From contig CM119268.1 in the NCBI GenBank assembly GCA_051294375.1, forward strand, positions 5,331,313 to 5,395,312: a stretch of 64,000 bases of DNA, written 5' to 3'. The notes under the pieces are model-generated. The model saw only the letters and a program-made list of their open reading frames with translations, was not told the origin of the DNA and ran no database searches. Below, one piece after another: positions 63,121-64,000 of the stretch; the first letter of the stretch is position 1; each line of letters starts with the position of its first letter. The stretch comes from Paraspadella gotoi (taxonomy: Eukaryota; Animalia; Chaetognatha). Position numbers and translations under genes: made by a program.

Positions 63121-64000
63121 CCCCCTCTTTCTTTGGAATACTAATCACCCTCATTTTTATCTTCCTCCTTTAACCGCTGCATTAGCGATTCTCTACCATC
63201 TCTCGTGAGAGAGTCTCTAAATTTTTATAAAAGAAAAGAAATTGTCTACAAAGTCTATAAAACGACAAAATGAAATGATGATAATATTTTAAAATCTAAA
63301 AACCTAAAATAGTAAAAGTAGTTGCCTCAGAATTTTCATATATGTTCATATAATTTTTTTTTCAGGACGTAACAACTTAAACTAAATAATGTGACTCTGC
63401 TTTTTGTCATTTTTACGCTAAAAAAACACGACAAAACAAATAAAAACAAAAATGATTCTCTTTTCGTTTCTCACTTTTTCGATTTTTGCTCTTCCCCCCC
63501 CCCCATTTTTTCACTTTTGATTATTTTTTTATTCCACTCGATTCGGCAAAGAAATTGCGACGATTCGTTTCCTTTCAATCTTTTGTCATTTTTTCTTTCC
63601 TTTCCTCCCTCTCCTCCTTTTCTTCCTTCCTCCTTTCCTTTCTTCTTTTTTTTTCTTTTCCTTTCCATTCTTCCTTTCTAGCTTTCACTTCCTCCTTTCT
63701 TTTTCCTCCTATCCCTCACCCACGCTCTTCTCCCTCCCTCACCTCTTTCCTCCCCTCCTCCTCTACCTCTCTCCTCTCTCTCTTCCCCTTTCCTCCCTCT
63801 TTCTCTTCTTTCCTCTCCTTCTTCCTCTCTCCCCCCTCCCCGTCGATTTCCACCATCGTTTTGACAAAAGACTATTTTTCAAACCAAATCTTTTTTTCTT
63901 TTTCCATTTTTTTTTTCGATAACCCCGTCTCCAAGATTTCTCCTTTTTCACTTTTTTTTAAAAAAATATGTTTTTCCCTTTGTTGCTCTGTTCTGTTCAA

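Overview
Gene-dense animal (invertebrate; V-ATPase sequence looks ecdysozoan/arthropod-like, species not determinable) nuclear DNA with GC/CpG-rich exons and AT-rich introns. Nine consecutive housekeeping genes all lie on the + strand, 0.4-1.4 kb apart: Sec16, PPP4R4, MED24, a C2H2 zinc-finger gene, argininosuccinate lyase (ASL), V-ATPase subunit a, RanBP3, Hook and SFSWAP. They are followed by the last exon of a divergent DEG/ENaC channel on the - strand. Exon models were derived by hand from reading-frame continuity and splice dinucleotides. The most unusual features: (1) a 6.2 kb composite in ASL intron 4 with the split-direct-repeat layout (A1-gag-B1/A2-B2) of PAT/Ngaro tyrosine-recombinase retroelements, in which A and B are also inverted repeats of each other around an AATAGT(T)AC core, and a 3.6 kb TIR element sits exactly in that core; (2) a 1.7-mer permuted tandem insertion with a 26-bp target duplication at the tail of a tRNA-SINE/Helentron-like composite; (3) a 2.45 kb foldback element in MED24; (4) an operon-like co-oriented gene run with unpaired splice acceptors; (5) degenerate AG|GTY donors plus G/A-rich intron starts and C/T-rich intron ends. 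Repeat copies differ mostly by indels, so uncorrected long-read error is a caveat throughout the TE regions.
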